A stretch of 64,000 nucleotides of DNA from Callorhinchus milii (Eukaryota). Location: contig NW_024704742.1 in the NCBI RefSeq assembly GCF_018977255.1, positions 138,014,001 through 138,078,000 on the forward strand, given 5' to 3'. Shown here in pieces: positions 61,920-64,000 of this stretch (position 1 is the first letter of the stretch; every line of letters begins with the position of its first letter). The translations under genes and the position numbers were made by a program. Under the pieces are notes generated by a model. The model did no database searches and was not told where the DNA came from. It saw only the letters and a program-made list of their open reading frames with translations.

Positions 61920-63905
61920 CCTTTGGGTTGGGCCTGAAATTGAGGTCAGGATTTGGGGCTAGTGCTATGGTTGGGGCTGGGGTTGATGTTGGGATTGGTG
62001 TTGGAGTTGCGGTTGGTGCTGGGGATGGTTCTGTGTTTGGGGTTGGCGGCAGGTGTTGGAGTTGGGGTTGAGTTTGAGGTTGGTGTTGCGTTTGGGGCTG
62101 GGGTTGGGGATGGGTTTTGGGCCGGTTCTATGGTTTGGGTTGGGGTTGCGGTTGAGGTTGTGGCTGGGTTTGGGGTTGGAGTTGAGGTTGGTATTTGGGC
62201 TGGGGTTGGGGCTGGCATTGGGTTCAGGTTGGTATTTGGAGCTGGGTTTGGGGCCAGGCTGGTGTTTGAGCTGGGCCTGGGGTTTTGGTTGGTGCTGGGG
62301 GTGTGGCTGGGTTTAAGGTTGGGGTTGGGGTTGAGCCTGGGGTTGGAATTCAGGTTGGTATTTAGGGCTGAGGTTGTGTCTGGTGTTGGGGTTGGAATTG
62401 GTGCTGTGGTTGGGGTTGACGTTGGTATTTGGGGCTGGAGTTGGGGTAGGGACTGGGACTGGTTTTGGGGTTGGAGCTGGGGTTGGTATTGGGGTTGGTG
62501 TAGGGGCTGGTATTAGGGTTGGGGTTGGTGCTGGGTTTGGGGCTGGTTTTGGGATTGGGGTTGAGGTTGGTATTTGGAGCTGGGGTTGGGGTTGGGGCTG
62601 AGGTTGGTATTCGGGGTTGGGTTTGGAGTTGAGGCTGGGGATTGTAGTTGAGGTGGGGGGGGTTGGGTTGATGTTGGGGATGTATTTGAGGCTAGGGCTG
62701 CGCCTGGGTTGGTGCTGATGCTGGAGATGGGGTTGGAGCTGATGTTGGGGTTGGTGTTGTGGTTGGGGCTGGGGTTGGGGTTGGGGTTGAGGTTGGGGCT
62801 AGGACTGGGGTTGTGGTTTGGGTTGGGTTTGGGGTTGGATCTGGTGTAGCGGTTGATATTGGTATTTGGGTTTGTGGTTGGGGCTGGTGATGGGTTTGGG
62901 GCTGGGGTTGAGTTCGGGGGCTGTGGTTGGGGCTCAGGTTTCAGGCCGTGGTAGGTGTTGGGGCTGAGGTTGGGGTTGAGTTTGAGGTTGGGGCTAGGGC
63001 TGGGGTTGTGGTTTGGGTTGGGTTTGGGATTCGGTTTTGGGTTGGGGTTGCAGTTGATTTGGGTATTTGGGTTTGGAGCCTGGATTGTTGCTGGGGTTGG
63101 GGTTGGATTTGGGATTGAGGTTGCGGTTGTGGTTTGGGCTGGGGTTGAGGCTGGTGTTGGAGCTGGGATTTGGGATGGCGTTGGGGCTGGGGTTGGGATT
63201 GAGGTTGGTGTATGGGTTTGCGGCTGGGGTTGGGGCTGGGGTTAGGGCCCGGGTTGAGGCTTGCGTTGAGGCTGGGATTGGAGCTGGGATTGGGGTCGGG
63301 GGCTGTGATTGGGGCTTAGGTTTGAGGCTGCGGCAGGTGTTGGGGCTGGGGTTGGGGTTGAGTTTGAGGTTGGGCTTGTGGCTGGGGTTGGGTTTGAGGC
63401 CAGGGCTGGTGTTTGGGGATTGGGTTGAGGCTGGGGTTGAGATTGAGGTTGGGATTTGGGGCTGGGGGTAGGGCTAGTGTTGGGGTTGGGGCTGAATTTG
63501 GAGTTGGGTTTGGGGTTGATATTTAGGGTTGGGGCTGGGGTTGGGCTGGGGTTTGTATTTGGGGTTGGGTTTGGGGTTAGAGTTGAGGCTGGGGATTGTG
63601 GTTGAGGTTGGGGTTTGGGTTATGGTTGGGGTTGAGTTTGAGGCTGGGGCTGCACCTGGGTTGGTGTTGGTGCTGGGGATGGGGATGGAGCTGGGGAGGG
63701 ACTAGCGTTATGGTTGAGGCTGGGGTTGGGTTTGGGGTTGGGCTGGGGGTTGGGTTGAGGCTGGGGATTGAGGTTCATGATGGGGTTTGGGGCTGGGCTG
63801 TGGGTTGGGTTGAGGCTGGGAGTTGGGGTTGAGGCTGGGGGTTGGGGCTGCGCTGTGGGTTGGGTTGAGGCTGAGGTTGGGGCTTGGGAGTGCGAATGGT
63901 GCTGG
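61920..63905. repeat. Degenerate G-rich hexamer satellite (GGGGTT/GGGGCT/GAGGTT); smaller patches at 43870-44190, 45425-45800, 60920-61080
   Basis: Direct reading. Confidence 0.9.
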
Positions 63906-64000
63906 TGCTGGAGAAAGGCTTCAATATTGGAGACACCATCCTCCAAGAAGACATTAAACTGAGGTGGTGTCTGTACCTGTTGAGGTGGGCATAGAGTTGC

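Noticed and set aside
61953..63962. Gly/Val/Leu-rich membrane-like ORFs
   Set aside because: Translations of the G-rich hexamer satellite

Overview
Vertebrate genomic DNA, not prokaryotic. The tRNA-head/Deu-domain SINEs and the CR1 and L2 LINEs point to a cartilaginous fish, probably a chimaera-like holocephalan (inference). Two real genes lie on the + strand, and both are largely invisible in the ORF track because they are spliced. (1) EGFLAM/pikachurin, from the second FN3 domain to the stop codon (exons 1322-44389); the 5' exons lie upstream of the window. (2) A three-exon CC chemokine of the CCL27/CCL28 type (59101-60380, 92 aa) with a TATA-like box and poly(A) signal. About 10 kb of EGFLAM (14584-~24490) is repeated after a 25-N gap (26252-~35820); the second copy carries indel errors, so this is most likely an assembly artefact. 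One expected LamG2 exon is absent from both copies. Points of interest: a conserved 24-nt microexon preceded by UGC motifs, an extra cysteine in two EGF domains, a convergent CTCF-motif pair, CRX/OTX- and ONECUT-motif clusters, minisatellites born from TEs, and an unexplained intronic insert. Almost all long ORFs in the track are low-complexity repeat artefacts. I found no convincing wholly new biological system. Comparisons to human proteins are from memory and were not computed.
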